DNA of 64,000 nucleotides, from NCBI GenBank assembly GCA_029775965.1, contig JARVJU010000007.1:10695-74694 (forward strand), written 5' to 3'. A program made the translations under genes and the position numbers. The stretch's first letter is position 1. Each line of letters opens with the position of its first letter. The stretch comes from Nitrososphaeria archaeon (GTDB lineage Archaea > Thermoproteota > Nitrososphaeria > Conexivisphaerales > DTJL01). The notes beneath the pieces were generated by a model that saw nothing but the letters and a program-made list of their open reading frames with translations, was not told the DNA's origin and ran no database searches. Below are positions 27,944-38,651 of this stretch, one piece after another.

Positions 27944-30661
27944 TTGACCACTAAGGATACACTCAGAGAGCTGTTTTCAAAAGACCCAGATAGGTACTAC
28001 AGGGTAAGGCTATTCGATAAAGAAGGATTTATCAGGAAAAGGTGCAGGGAATGTGGCAATTTCTTCTGGACACTCATTGGTGATAAGGAACTCTGTCCCA
28101 GTTGTGAAGGATACAGTTTTATTTCGAACCCTCCTACATCAAAGAAGTTTGGCTACACTGATGCATGGAAAGCTATGGAAACATTCTTTGTAAAAGAGGG
28201 GCATACAAGTATCAAAAGATACCCTGTAGTTGCAAGGTGGAGACCTGACCTTTACTTTACAGTCGCATCCATAATAGATTTTCAGAGGATAGAGGCAGGG
28301 AAGGTTGTCTTTGACTTTCCTGCCAATCCTCTGGTTGTTCCTCAGATGTGTTTGAGGTTCAATGACATAGAAAATGTTGGTGTAACAGGAAGGCATTACA
28401 CTTCCTTTTGTATGGTCGGTCAGCAGGCATTAAGCAATACAAACGGCTACTGGAAGGATAGAACTATAGACCTAGATTTTGCACTGCTGACAGATGTCTT
28501 TGGAATAAAGAAGGAGGATATAACATTCGTAGAGGATGTTTGGCTTGGCTATGGTGCCTTCGGTTATTCTTTGGAATACTATGTAAGAGGCTTGGAGCTT
28601 GGGAATGCTGTATTTACAGAGTTTGAAGGCGAGCCTGAAAGCTACAGGGTGATGGAAAATCCTGTTGTAGATATGGGTGCTGGGCTGGAGAGGTTCAGCT
28701 GGATAACTCATGGCACAGCTACAAGCTATGAGCCAGTCTTTGGATCAGTATACAAAAAAATATCTGATATGCTTGGAATAGATGCAGACCACGCAGTAAT
28801 AAAAGAATATTTTGGAATGGCTGGAAGGCTGGATATAGATCAGCTTCAGGATCCAGCTATGGTAAAGCATGAGCTTGCAAAGAAGCTTGGGTTAAGCAAT
28901 GATGTTGTGCAAAAGCATATAGCGCCTCTGGAAGCTCTTTTTACAGTACTTGACCATTCACGCACTCTTCTTTTTGCCATATCAGACGGAGCATTGCCTA
29001 GCAACGTAGCAGGAGGGTACAATCTGAGAGTTATTTTCAGAAGAATGAAATCTATCCTTGACAGATATAACTGGAAGCTTGGGATAGATCATGTTATGGA
29101 GCTCCATGCTTTGCATCTGAAGAGCATGTATCCGGAACTTATTGAATCGATGGATGCGATAAGAGAGGTGCTTGATGTAGAAAGTAAAAGGTATGATTCA
29201 AGCAAAGTCAGGATGGCATCAATTATAGAGCAGATGAAGAAGAGGAGCAATATTACTACAGATGATATGATGAAGCTGTATGACTCAGAAGGGATAACGC
29301 CAGACCTGCTCAAAGAAAGTGGTGTGAATGTGCATATTCCACCTGACTTTTACAAGAGGGTTACAGAGTTGCATATGACACAAAAGCAGAACGAAGAGAA
29401 GATAGTTTTCGACGTCAGCTTTTTGCCAGAAACAGAATTGCTCTTCTATGAAGATCAGAATCTGTTTGACTTCGATGCGAAAGTGCTCCACATATTTAAC
29501 AACAAATGGATAGTATTAGATAAGACTGCATTCTTTGCAAGAGCTGGAGGGCAGGAGCCTGATCATGGTTTTATTGGTGATGCAAGGGTTGTTGAAGTGA
29601 TAAAGTATGGGAATGTGGTTCTGCACAGGGTAGAAGGTAATTTGCCTGCTGTAGGAAGCATGGTATCATGCAGTGTAGATAGGGAAAGAAGAGAGATAAT
29701 TATGAGGCATCACACGGCAACTCATATAATAAATGGAGCAGCAAGAAAGGTTCTTGGTCCTTGGGTCTGGCAGCATTCTGCATACAAGGATGTTGATGGC
29801 GCAAGGCTTGATATAACTCATCATTCAAGGATTACAGAAGAGCAGCTGCGAAGAATCGAACAGCTCGCAAATGAAATAGTAAGGCAGAACATACCAGTGG
29901 AGCTGCAACTCTTGCCGAGACAGGAAGCTGAAAAGCGTTATGGCTTCAGGCTGTATCAGGGCGGAGTTGTCCCAACAAAGATTCTCAGAGTCAGAAAGAT
30001 AGATGACTTTGACATAGAAGCTTGTGGTGGTACGCATTGTGAGAGGACAGGAGACATAGGACTGATAAAGATAACCAAGTCAGAAAGACTTCAGGATGGT
30101 GTCGAGAGAATACAATTTCTTGCAGGTAAAACAGCTCTAGACTACGTGGAAAAGCAGGAAGAAACGATAAATAAATTGCTATCAAGCTTCTCGACACAGC
30201 AGGAAAACCTTGTAAAGGTTACAGAAGGTTTCAGGGATGCTCTTGAACAGTTAAAGAAGAGGTACAAAGGCATATCAAGGATGCTTGCTGAAGAGCTTGC
30301 AGAGAGTTATAAGAAAATTGCATTAGCTGTAGGAGATGTATACCTGATCTTCATTTCAGAGGACTACCTTGATGATCAGTCTCATATAGTTATAGGCGAA
30401 TTTATAACGAAGAAGATACCAGAGCTTGTATACGCAGGCCTCTGGGTCAGCAACGGTAAAAGCAGACTTGTAATCTTCTCTGGAAAAGAAGCGATACGCT
30501 ATGGTATAAATGCAGCTGAGCTGGTGAAGAAGATCTCATCTTATCTACATGGCTCTGGAGGTGGTAGGCAAGAGCTTGGCCAAGGTGGAGGAGTTGAGCC
30601 CAAATCTGTAAACTATGTCAAAGATCTCTTGATAAAGGAAATAAAAGCCATGCAAAGATAG
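27944..30661 (+). CDS. alaS: Alanine--tRNA ligase (archaeal type)
   Basis: 905 aa. N-terminal RKRCRECGNFFWT, editing-domain HHTATH...CGGTHC, C-terminal DHHA1-like GGG. Confidence 0.95.
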   Translation: MTTKDTLRELFSKDPDRYYRVRLFDKEGFIRKRCRECGNFFWTLIGDKELCPSCEGYSFISNPPTSKKFGYTDAWKAMETFFVKEGHTSIKRYPVVARWRPDLYFTVASIIDFQRIEAGKVVFDFPANPLVVPQMCLRFNDIENVGVTGRHYTSFCMVGQQALSNTNGYWKDRTIDLDFALLTDVFGIKKEDITFVEDVWLGYGAFGYSLEYYVRGLELGNAVFTEFEGEPESYRVMENPVVDMGAGLERFSWITHGTATSYEPVFGSVYKKISDMLGIDADHAVIKEYFGMAGRLDIDQLQDPAMVKHELAKKLGLSNDVVQKHIAPLEALFTVLDHSRTLLFAISDGALPSNVAGGYNLRVIFRRMKSILDRYNWKLGIDHVMELHALHLKSMYPELIESMDAIREVLDVESKRYDSSKVRMASIIEQMKKRSNITTDDMMKLYDSEGITPDLLKESGVNVHIPPDFYKRVTELHMTQKQNEEKIVFDVSFLPETELLFYEDQNLFDFDAKVLHIFNNKWIVLDKTAFFARAGGQEPDHGFIGDARVVEVIKYGNVVLHRVEGNLPAVGSMVSCSVDRERREIIMRHHTATHIINGAARKVLGPWVWQHSAYKDVDGARLDITHHSRITEEQLRRIEQLANEIVRQNIPVELQLLPRQEAEKRYGFRLYQGGVVPTKILRVRKIDDFDIEACGGTHCERTGDIGLIKITKSERLQDGVERIQFLAGKTALDYVEKQEETINKLLSSFSTQQENLVKVTEGFRDALEQLKKRYKGISRMLAEELAESYKKIALAVGDVYLIFISEDYLDDQSHIVIGEFITKKIPELVYAGLWVSNGKSRLVIFSGKEAIRYGINAAELVKKISSYLHGSGGGRQELGQGGGVEPKSVNYVKDLLIKEIKAMQR

Positions 30662-30689
30662 ATTATATTTATATCATCATTCTCTTGGT

Positions 30690-33536
30690 GTGAGCGGAAA
30701 GCTGATGGACGAAAAGGTTGCCAGATGGGTCAGGAGATGGGAAGATAGTAAGGCCTTTGAAGCAAACCCAGACCCATCCAGGCAAAAGTTGTTCGTCACA
30801 TTTCCTTTTCCTTATATGAATGGTCCATTGCACCTCGGGCATGTCTTTTCTGCTACCAGAATAGACGTGTATGCAAGATTCAAGAGGATGCAAGGCTACA
30901 ATGTACTTTACCCATGGGCCTGGCACTGGACCGGCCAGCCTGTTGTTTCTGCGGCCCAGAGGCTTAGGGAGGGGGATGAAAGACAGAGAAGAACGTTCAT
31001 AGAAATGGATAAAGTACCAGAAGAAGAGGTTGATAGATTCACAGACCCAGTATACCTGGCAAATTATTATACAAGGCTGAACAAAGAGACTGTTAAGCAT
31101 CTGGGTCTTTCAATAGACTGGAGAAGAGAGTTTCATACAACAAGCTATGAGCCTCTATTCAGTAAATTTGTGGAGTGGCAGTACAGAAAGCTAAGAGAGC
31201 TTGGTTATGTTATCCAAGGAACACACCCTGTTGTCTGGTGTCCAAAGGATAAGAGTCCGACTCAGGACCATGACAGGCTTGAGGGAGAAGGTGTTTCACC
31301 AGAAGAGTACACGCTTGTAAAATTCAGACTTGAAGATGATAATGCATTCCTTGTAGCAGCAACGTTCAGACCTGAAACAATACCTGGAGCTACAAACCTC
31401 TGGGTTAAAGAAGATGCAGATTATGTTGAAGCTCTTGTAGATGGAGAAAGATGGATAATTGTTTACAATTCAGTCCAGAAACTTCAGGAGCAGCTGCATA
31501 CGGTATCTATAGCTAAAAAGGTCAAAGGCAAAGAGCTCATAGGAAAATTCTGCATAGCTCCAATAACAGGCAAAAGAATACCTGTTCTTCCAGCCCTTTT
31601 TGTAGACCCGAATGTTGGAACTGGAGTTGTATACAGCGTTCCTGCCCATGCACCATACGACTGGCTTGCACTCAGAGACATGCAAAAGAGCAATGGTAAG
31701 CTCAAGGAGCTAGCGACTTCAATCAGACCAATATCAATAATACATACAGAGGGGTTTGGTGAATACCCAGCTGTAGAAATAGTTGACAGGCTCCAGGCTA
31801 AAGACCAGCTTGATGGCAAAGGCGACTTGGCTACAAAGGAGGTCTATACAAAAGAGTTCAATTATGGTAGAATGAAAGATAACTGCGGAGCATACTCAGG
31901 ACTGAGTGTAAAAGATGCCAAGCAGAAGATAATAGCTGACCTCAAGGCAAGTGGAGAAGGTTCATCTTTCTTCGACCTGGCAGATATAGTAATATGCAGG
32001 TGTGGTACGAGGTGTATAGTAAAGACACTGCAGGGGCAGTGGTTCTTGAAGTACAGCGACCAGCTTTGGAAGGATAGGTCAATAGAAGCTATCAAAAAAG
32101 CCAAAATAATGCCAGATGAAGCAAGAAACTGGTTCATAGAAACCGTACGCTGGCTGAAGGAATGGCCATGTGCGAGGAAGACAGGTCTTGGCACTCCTCT
32201 GCCATGGGATAGCGAATGGCTTGTAGAAACTCTGAGCGATTCCACAGTCTATATGGCCTTTTACACTATAGATTATATTCTCAGAGAAGCTGGTGTGAAG
32301 GCTGAGTGGCTTACAGACGAGCTGTTTGATTATATATTCTATGGATCAGGAGATGCCAGCATTATATCCAGCCATGTAAATGAATCTTTGCTAAGAAGAA
32401 TGAGGCAGGAGTTTCTCTACTGGTACCCAGTTGACCTTAGAAATTCAGGAAAGGACCTTGTCGCAAATCATCTGACATTCTTCATAATGCAGCATGTAGC
32501 CCTCTTTCCTCCGGAGCATTGGCCAAGGGCTATAGGGGTTAACGGCATGGTTCAGCTTGAGGGAGCAAGGATGTCAAAATCACACGGCAATTTCATCACA
32601 GCTAGAGAGGCAATAGATACTTATGGGTCAGATGCAACCAGAGCAACCCTAATCTTAAGCGCAGAAGGGATGGATGACCCGGACTGGAGAGCCAAAAATG
32701 CTTTCGATATGAAGGATAAGCTGCATGCTCTACCAGAGCTGATGAATAACTTACTTGGCACATCAAAGGAAAGGGATGAAACGATGATAGACAGATGGTT
32801 GATGTCAAGACTCCAGCAGAGGATAAAGACGACTACAGAAGCTCTGGAGCAGCTCAGGACGAAGACAGCATTCTATAACTCATTCTTTGCCGTCTGGAAT
32901 GACCTCAAATGGTACATACGCAGAGAAGAACCGAACCTTGAGGTTCTGAAGAAGTTCTTTGATGTATGGATAAGGCTTCTTGCTCCTTTTGTCCCCTTTA
33001 CAGCTGAAGAGATGTATGAGGCTCTAGGTAAAAAAGAACTTGTATCCTTGGCTGAATGGCCAAGGTATGAAGCAAGCCTGATGGACGATACATCTGAGCT
33101 CTCAGAATATCTGGTGCAGAGTGTAATAGAGGATATAAGGAAGATAAAAGAGGTTCTCAAGCAACCTGCTTCAAGCGCAGACATTTATGTAATAAACTCT
33201 GAGATATTTCAACTAGCAACAGCAATCTATTCATCTTTATCAAAAGGAAAAAGAGACTCAGAGATAATAAAGGAAGCGATTGCAGCATCAAAAGATAAAC
33301 AGAATACTGCAAGGCTTGTTCAGAGTATAATCAAATATTGCAGGGAGCAAGGAAGTGAATTTATCGGAAGGGTAATAGCTGTCAGAATAGATGAGCTCTC
33401 TACCCTCACAAATGCAAGAGACTTCATATCTTCCGAAACAGGTCTTAAATCTTTGTCAATTCATGTCTATGATGGAACAAAGCTCAGCAGAGAGAAGATA
33501 CCATACCCTATGAAGCCAGCAATACTGCTGCATTAG
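30690..33536 (+). CDS. leuS: Leucine--tRNA ligase (archaeal type)
   Basis: 948 aa. PYMNGPLHLGH (HIGH) and RMSKSHGN (KMSKS). The start could be GTG 30690 or ATG 30705. Confidence 0.95.
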   Translation: MSGKLMDEKVARWVRRWEDSKAFEANPDPSRQKLFVTFPFPYMNGPLHLGHVFSATRIDVYARFKRMQGYNVLYPWAWHWTGQPVVSAAQRLREGDERQRRTFIEMDKVPEEEVDRFTDPVYLANYYTRLNKETVKHLGLSIDWRREFHTTSYEPLFSKFVEWQYRKLRELGYVIQGTHPVVWCPKDKSPTQDHDRLEGEGVSPEEYTLVKFRLEDDNAFLVAATFRPETIPGATNLWVKEDADYVEALVDGERWIIVYNSVQKLQEQLHTVSIAKKVKGKELIGKFCIAPITGKRIPVLPALFVDPNVGTGVVYSVPAHAPYDWLALRDMQKSNGKLKELATSIRPISIIHTEGFGEYPAVEIVDRLQAKDQLDGKGDLATKEVYTKEFNYGRMKDNCGAYSGLSVKDAKQKIIADLKASGEGSSFFDLADIVICRCGTRCIVKTLQGQWFLKYSDQLWKDRSIEAIKKAKIMPDEARNWFIETVRWLKEWPCARKTGLGTPLPWDSEWLVETLSDSTVYMAFYTIDYILREAGVKAEWLTDELFDYIFYGSGDASIISSHVNESLLRRMRQEFLYWYPVDLRNSGKDLVANHLTFFIMQHVALFPPEHWPRAIGVNGMVQLEGARMSKSHGNFITAREAIDTYGSDATRATLILSAEGMDDPDWRAKNAFDMKDKLHALPELMNNLLGTSKERDETMIDRWLMSRLQQRIKTTTEALEQLRTKTAFYNSFFAVWNDLKWYIRREEPNLEVLKKFFDVWIRLLAPFVPFTAEEMYEALGKKELVSLAEWPRYEASLMDDTSELSEYLVQSVIEDIRKIKEVLKQPASSADIYVINSEIFQLATAIYSSLSKGKRDSEIIKEAIAASKDKQNTARLVQSIIKYCREQGSEFIGRVIAVRIDELSTLTNARDFISSETGLKSLSIHVYDGTKLSREKIPYPMKPAILLH

Positions 33537-33782
33537 CAGGAAAGCAAGAAACCCCACATCTTTTAGAGATGGGATGAAAGCCAGTCTGAATGCTTGTGTA
33601 GAAATCTGTGAAACATTCCAGCGAGGGTATGAGATGGGATGGCATATGCTTAGCAAGAATCTCTTGTTGCTCAATGAAGGATAAGCAAGTTTGTTCCTGT
33701 GAAGCAAGAAGCCTACGGATTCAGTTGTAGGTAGTTCACATTAGCTACACTTTTAAAAGAGCATTACCCTAGCAGGAATGAT

Positions 33783-34799
33783 TTGAAGGCTGTCAGACTG
33801 GAAAAGGACGGTAGGCTGAACTATTCTGATGTAGATATGCCAGAGAATATAGAAGCTGATGAAGTGTTGTTAAAGGTTGATATGACAGGCATATGCTACA
33901 GAGATATTCTAACAGTAGACGGGTTCTTTCCAAACACCAAGTTCCCTGTAACTCTTGGGCATGAAATAACGGGCAAAGTTGTAAAGAAAGGCAACTCTGT
34001 AAGTGAATTTGAAGTAGGGGAAAGGGTTGCAAGCCTGATCTATGAACCATGCGGCAAGTGTGAAGAATGCTTGGCTGGAAGAGAAAACCTCTGCAGGAGA
34101 AGAAAGACTTTTGGCGAAGATATAGATGGCTCTTATGCTGAATATGTGAAGGTTAACCAAAGAGCTCTTGTGAAGGTACCACAACAAGTAAACAGCGAAG
34201 GAGCTGCAATAGCTGCATGTGTCACAGGAATGCTTGTTCACGCATTCAAAAAGAGAGGCAATCTGCAGTCTGATGAGACTGTCCTTGTAACAGGAGCAGG
34301 TGGAGGAGTAGGTGTGCACGCAGTTCAGATAGCTAAAGCATTAGGTGCAAATGTGATAGCTGCCACATCATCTAGCTGGAAGGCAGATGCGATAAAGAAG
34401 TATGGCGCAGATCATGTCATTGTGTATAACGATAAGTTCAGCGATCAGGTAAAGCAGATAACTGATGGTAAAGGTGTTGATCTAGTATTGGATTCTGTGG
34501 GTACGCCTACTCTGCAGGATAGCATAAGGAGTAGCAGGTGGGGTGGCAGAGTGGTGCTTGTAGGTAATGTAAAGCCAGAGCCTATCGATATTATGCTTGG
34601 CATACTTATCCTTAGAGAAAATACTATAATGGGAAGTCTCAGCTCTACAAGAGAGGATGTCAAAGTTGCTCTTGACATGACTGCAAAAGGTTTGATCAAG
34701 CCTGTTATTCATCAGGTATTTTCACTTGCAGATGCAGAGAAGGGGCATGATGTGATGCGGAATAAATCCTCTCTTGGAAGAATTCTGCTCAGACCCTGA
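33783..34799 (+). CDS. Zinc-type medium-chain dehydrogenase/reductase (candidate enoyl/acryloyl-CoA or aldehyde reductase)
   Basis: GICYRD...GHE catalytic zinc ligands, structural zinc CGKCEECLAGRENLC, Rossmann VTGAGGGVG. Confidence 0.8.
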   Translation: MKAVRLEKDGRLNYSDVDMPENIEADEVLLKVDMTGICYRDILTVDGFFPNTKFPVTLGHEITGKVVKKGNSVSEFEVGERVASLIYEPCGKCEECLAGRENLCRRRKTFGEDIDGSYAEYVKVNQRALVKVPQQVNSEGAAIAACVTGMLVHAFKKRGNLQSDETVLVTGAGGGVGVHAVQIAKALGANVIAATSSSWKADAIKKYGADHVIVYNDKFSDQVKQITDGKGVDLVLDSVGTPTLQDSIRSSRWGGRVVLVGNVKPEPIDIMLGILILRENTIMGSLSSTREDVKVALDMTAKGLIKPVIHQVFSLADAEKGHDVMRNKSSLGRILLRP

Positions 34800-35286
34800 T
34801 GCTTAAAAGCTTCTGTCCCCTTTTTACAACATCATCCTTTTTTACTAGCACCTCAGCAACAACACCATCTACATCAGCCCTAAGTGCTGTCTCCATCTTC
34901 ATCGACTCTATTATTACTACTTCATCCCCAAGCTTAACAGCATCCCCAGGCCGGACAAGCACAGAAATCACTTTACCTGGCAATGGAGAATACAGCTCCT
35001 CCATCGATGAAGAGTTCCTCTGACCCTCTCTTCCAGCTTTTCTAGCAATTTTGAACTCTTCGCCGTTTATTCTTAGCAGAATGAAATCTATCCCTTCATC
35101 AACAAGCTCCACATTGAAACTCTTTTCATTCAGCATTACTGAAACTTCATTTTTATTCACGTAAGATAATGAAGCATGATAGCTCTTACCATCTAAAGCA
35201 AGCGAAAACAGATTCTCATCATCAGAATCAGACTTTATCTCTACTCCAAATCTTACGCCATCAACTTCAAGCTCATAGTAGGTCAT
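34789..35286 (-). CDS. accB: Biotin carboxyl carrier protein
   Basis: C-terminal biotinyl domain with IIESMKMET (variant of the EAMKM biotinyl-lysine motif). Confidence 0.8.
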   Translation of the reverse strand: MTYYELEVDGVRFGVEIKSDSDDENLFSLALDGKSYHASLSYVNKNEVSVMLNEKSFNVELVDEGIDFILLRINGEEFKIARKAGREGQRNSSSMEELYSPLPGKVISVLVRPGDAVKLGDEVVIIESMKMETALRADVDGVVAEVLVKKDDVVKRGQKLLSIRV

Positions 35287-36793
35287 AGTACCTTTGAACC
35301 TCTTGTCTATTTCTTATTGCATAATCTTCCAGTTCTGTAATTCTGTGTATACCTTTAGCTGTTATCATAGCCGCTATTGCTGCAGCAACGGCAGCCTTTT
35401 CTCTTCTTTCCCTGTTTCCTTTCTCAACCATCATCTCTATTATTCTGTTCTTTTCTATGAAGTCAGTGCTCAATTGCCAAGAAGCAAAGGAGCTGCTGTT
35501 TATGACTTCTTTGTGAAATGGTAATGTGGTTCTCAGACCCTTTACACTGAACTCCTCCAGAGCTACAGACATTCTTCTTCTTGCCTCATCTACATCCTTT
35601 CCCCAGGCGATCAGTTTGGCTATCAAAGAATCATAGTACTCTGGTACACTCCATCCTGAATAGATAGCTGTATCTACCCTTATCCCTGGGCCGCCTGGTA
35701 GATGTATATCATGAATAATACCTGAATTTGGTGCAAAATTCTGCAAAGGATCCTCTGCGTTTATTCTGCATTCTATGGCTGCACCGTTCCTTCTCACTTC
35801 ATTCTGGCTTAATGATAAGCTCTCCCCTGCAGCTATCCTCAACTGCTCCTCAACAAGATCAACTCCTGTTACCTCTTCTGTTATAGGATGTTCAACCTGA
35901 AGCCTAGAATTTACCTCCATAAAATAGAAATTTCTATCACTATCAAGCAAGAATTCTACTGTGCCCGAGTTTTTATAGCCTACAGCTCTGGCAACCTTAA
36001 TAGCATAAAGTCCAACTCTTTCTCTCATCTCTTCGTCAACAGCGGGAGAAGGTGTTATCTCTATGAGCTTCTGATGCCTTCTCTGGATGCTGCATTCCCT
36101 CTCACCAAGATGAATTATCTTACCCTTACCATCAGATAATATCTGAACTTCTATATGTCTTGCAGGCCTTATCAGCTTCTCAACATATATAGCTGCTCTT
36201 CCGAAGGCGCTATTTGCTTCCCCAACAGCTCTGCTCCAGTTCAGCTTAACATCTTCATCACTATCAACTTCTCTTATTCCTAGTCCCCCGCCACCAAAAG
36301 CAGATTTAAGAAGAACAGGGTATCCAAGTTCATTAGCTTTGTCTATAGCTTCCTCCATAGATTCTACAGGATTAATAGTGCCAGGGATAGCTGGAACATT
36401 CTGACTATTGGCTAGTCTTTTACATTCTACCTTGTTGCCAGTGGTAACAAGTGTTTCTGAGCTAGGGCCGACGAATGTTATTCCTTCATCTTTGCATGCT
36501 TTGGCAAAATTAGAGTTCTCTGCAAGGAATCCATAGCCTGGATGAATAGCCTCTGCACCTGATTTTTTTGCAATGCCTATTATTGCATCTATATTCAGAT
36601 AGCTCTCCTTTGCAGGTGATGCGCCTACTCTGAAGGCCTCATCAGCAAGCATACAATGCAGTGCATCTTTATCAGCATCAGAATATATCGCTACTGTCTT
36701 TATTCCCATTCTCTTGCATGTCCTGATTATTCTAACTGCAATCTCTCCTCTGTTTGCTATGAGAACTTTGTTCATCATATGCATATCATCCAT
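35273..36793 (-). CDS. accC: Biotin carboxylase subunit of acetyl/propionyl-CoA carboxylase
   Basis: NKVLIANRGEIAVR, ATP-grasp core, EVNSRLQVEHPITE. Several Met codons occur at the N-terminus (36793-36775). Confidence 0.95.
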   Translation of the reverse strand: MDDMHMMNKVLIANRGEIAVRIIRTCKRMGIKTVAIYSDADKDALHCMLADEAFRVGASPAKESYLNIDAIIGIAKKSGAEAIHPGYGFLAENSNFAKACKDEGITFVGPSSETLVTTGNKVECKRLANSQNVPAIPGTINPVESMEEAIDKANELGYPVLLKSAFGGGGLGIREVDSDEDVKLNWSRAVGEANSAFGRAAIYVEKLIRPARHIEVQILSDGKGKIIHLGERECSIQRRHQKLIEITPSPAVDEEMRERVGLYAIKVARAVGYKNSGTVEFLLDSDRNFYFMEVNSRLQVEHPITEEVTGVDLVEEQLRIAAGESLSLSQNEVRRNGAAIECRINAEDPLQNFAPNSGIIHDIHLPGGPGIRVDTAIYSGWSVPEYYDSLIAKLIAWGKDVDEARRRMSVALEEFSVKGLRTTLPFHKEVINSSSFASWQLSTDFIEKNRIIEMMVEKGNRERREKAAVAAAIAAMITAKGIHRITELEDYAIRNRQEVQRYYDLL

Positions 36794-36797
36794 CTAT

Positions 36798-38369
36798 CTA
36801 TAGGGGTATGTTACCATGCTTCTTTCTTGGCCTAAATTCACTCTTATCTCTCAAAGAATCCAGAGCAGATATCAGCTTCGGCCTTGTCTCAGCCGGGTCA
36901 ATGACTTCATCTATTATACCTCTGCCTGCAGCTATGTATGGATTGGCAAACTTCTGCCTGTATTCCTTTATCAGAGCCTGTCTTCTCTTGGCTTTATCAT
37001 CAGCTGCATCTATCTCCTTCCTGAATATTATATTTACAGCACCTTCTGGACCCATGACTGCTATCTCAGCTGTAGGCCAGGCGTAGTTTATATCAGCCCT
37101 GCTGTACTTTGAGCCCATTGCGCAGTATGCTCCTCCATAGGCCTTTCTTATTATAACAGTAACCTTAGGAACTGTGGCTTCACAGTATGCAAAGAGTAAC
37201 TTCGACCCATGCCTTATTATCCCACCATGCTCCTGTTCTATACCAGGTAAGTAGCCTGGAACATCCACAAAAGTTACTATAGGTATGTTGAAAGCATCAC
37301 AGAACCTTACAAACCTTGCGGCCTTGTTTGATGAGTCTATATCCAAGGAGCCTGAAAGGTGTGATGGCTGATTTGCAACCACACCTATACTGTAACCATC
37401 CAGCCTTGCAAACCCTACAGTTATATTCTTCGCCCAATCTTTATGCATCTCAAGGTATTCGCCATCATCCACAACCCTTGCTATTATATCTCTGATGTCA
37501 TATGCTCCGTTGGGGTCTGGAGGTAAAATATACCTCAGGTTAGGGTCAGTTCTTGTTGGACTATCCCTTGGCTTTACCCTAGGTGGAGGTAACGAATTAT
37601 TCTGTGGCAGATAAGTTAGTAATCGTCTTACAAGGGAGAAGCTCTGGTCTTCATTATCTGCAACAAAGTGTGCAACCCCGCTCTTTTCTGAATGGACCTC
37701 ATATCCTCCAAGCTCTTCGAATGTCACCTGCTGCCCTACTGCTGCCTTAACCACATCTGGCCCTGTGATGAACATGTTGCTTATCCCTTTCACCATTATC
37801 ACCATATCAGTAAGAGCTGGAGAGTATACAGCTCCACCAGCAGTAGGACCCGCTATCAGACTTATCTGAGGCACAACGCCTGAAGCCAAAGTATTACGAA
37901 AGAAGATCTCACTGTATGCTGCAAGGCTTACCACACCTTCCTGTATCCTTGCTCCACCAGAATCGTTTATCCCTATAATTGGAGCACCGTTCTTCATCGC
38001 TAAATCCATTACCTTCGTTATCTTTCTGCCGAAAGCCTCTCCTAAAGAACCTCCGAAGACTGCAAAATCATGAGCGAAGATGTACACCAGCCTGCCGTTG
38101 ATCTTACCATAACCTGTGACAACTCCGTCTCCAAGAGGTCTGTTCTTATCTAGTCCAAAATCTGTAGACCTGTGAGTTACAAATTTATCGATCTCCTGAA
38201 ACGTACCAGGGTCAAGTAGCCTCTGTATTCTCTCTCTAGCTGTATACTTCCCTTTTTTGTGCTGCGACTCTATCTTGTCTTTCCCTCCTGCCACCTCTGC
38301 CTCTCTGTTCATCCTTCTGAAATCTTCAAGCCACTCCGGCTCTGACATGGCGTTATGTTTTTTCTCCAT
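36798..38369 (-). CDS. pccB: Acyl-CoA carboxylase carboxyltransferase (beta) subunit
   Basis: 523 aa. DSGGARIQEG and GGAYCAMG crotonase-fold carboxyltransferase blocks. Confidence 0.95.
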   Translation of the reverse strand: MEKKHNAMSEPEWLEDFRRMNREAEVAGGKDKIESQHKKGKYTARERIQRLLDPGTFQEIDKFVTHRSTDFGLDKNRPLGDGVVTGYGKINGRLVYIFAHDFAVFGGSLGEAFGRKITKVMDLAMKNGAPIIGINDSGGARIQEGVVSLAAYSEIFFRNTLASGVVPQISLIAGPTAGGAVYSPALTDMVIMVKGISNMFITGPDVVKAAVGQQVTFEELGGYEVHSEKSGVAHFVADNEDQSFSLVRRLLTYLPQNNSLPPPRVKPRDSPTRTDPNLRYILPPDPNGAYDIRDIIARVVDDGEYLEMHKDWAKNITVGFARLDGYSIGVVANQPSHLSGSLDIDSSNKAARFVRFCDAFNIPIVTFVDVPGYLPGIEQEHGGIIRHGSKLLFAYCEATVPKVTVIIRKAYGGAYCAMGSKYSRADINYAWPTAEIAVMGPEGAVNIIFRKEIDAADDKAKRRQALIKEYRQKFANPYIAAGRGIIDEVIDPAETRPKLISALDSLRDKSEFRPRKKHGNIPL

Positions 38370-38399
38370 ATAAATAAATTAAACCATTACGGAAGACTT

Positions 38400-38651
38400 C
38401 TAGTGTACTCTTTTTATGACGGACCTTCCTTCGCTATTCTCAACAACAAACTCATCAGTTGTAACGTGAATCTTCTCGAAGAAGACCCAGCTGGAAACTC
38501 TTTCCATCACTCTCTTTTCAAGGTTTGCGATTCCTTCCGGTGTCTTTACAGTAAATTTGGCAAACTGTGTGCTGTGCGCCAAGGCAGTTTCTAGCTTTAA
38601 TATATCTATACCAGCCTCTAGCTTTGTGACTCTATGTGCTTCCCCGCTCAC
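38400..38651 (-). CDS. Small hypothetical protein upstream of pccB
   Basis: 83 aa ORF, same strand, 30 nt before pccB. No recognisable motif. Confidence 0.3.
   Translation of the reverse strand: MSGEAHRVTKLEAGIDILKLETALAHSTQFAKFTVKTPEGIANLEKRVMERVSSWVFFEKIHVTTDEFVVENSEGRSVIKRVH

Noticed and set aside
33560-33645. Possible C/D-box sRNA and an 11-nt direct repeat (gagatgggatg, two copies) in the leuS-ADH spacer
   Set aside because: The box C candidate (GGAUGA) lacks the conserved U, the spacing to CUGA is only 8 nt, and no C'/D pair or terminal stem can be drawn. A single 11-nt repeat alone is weak evidence.
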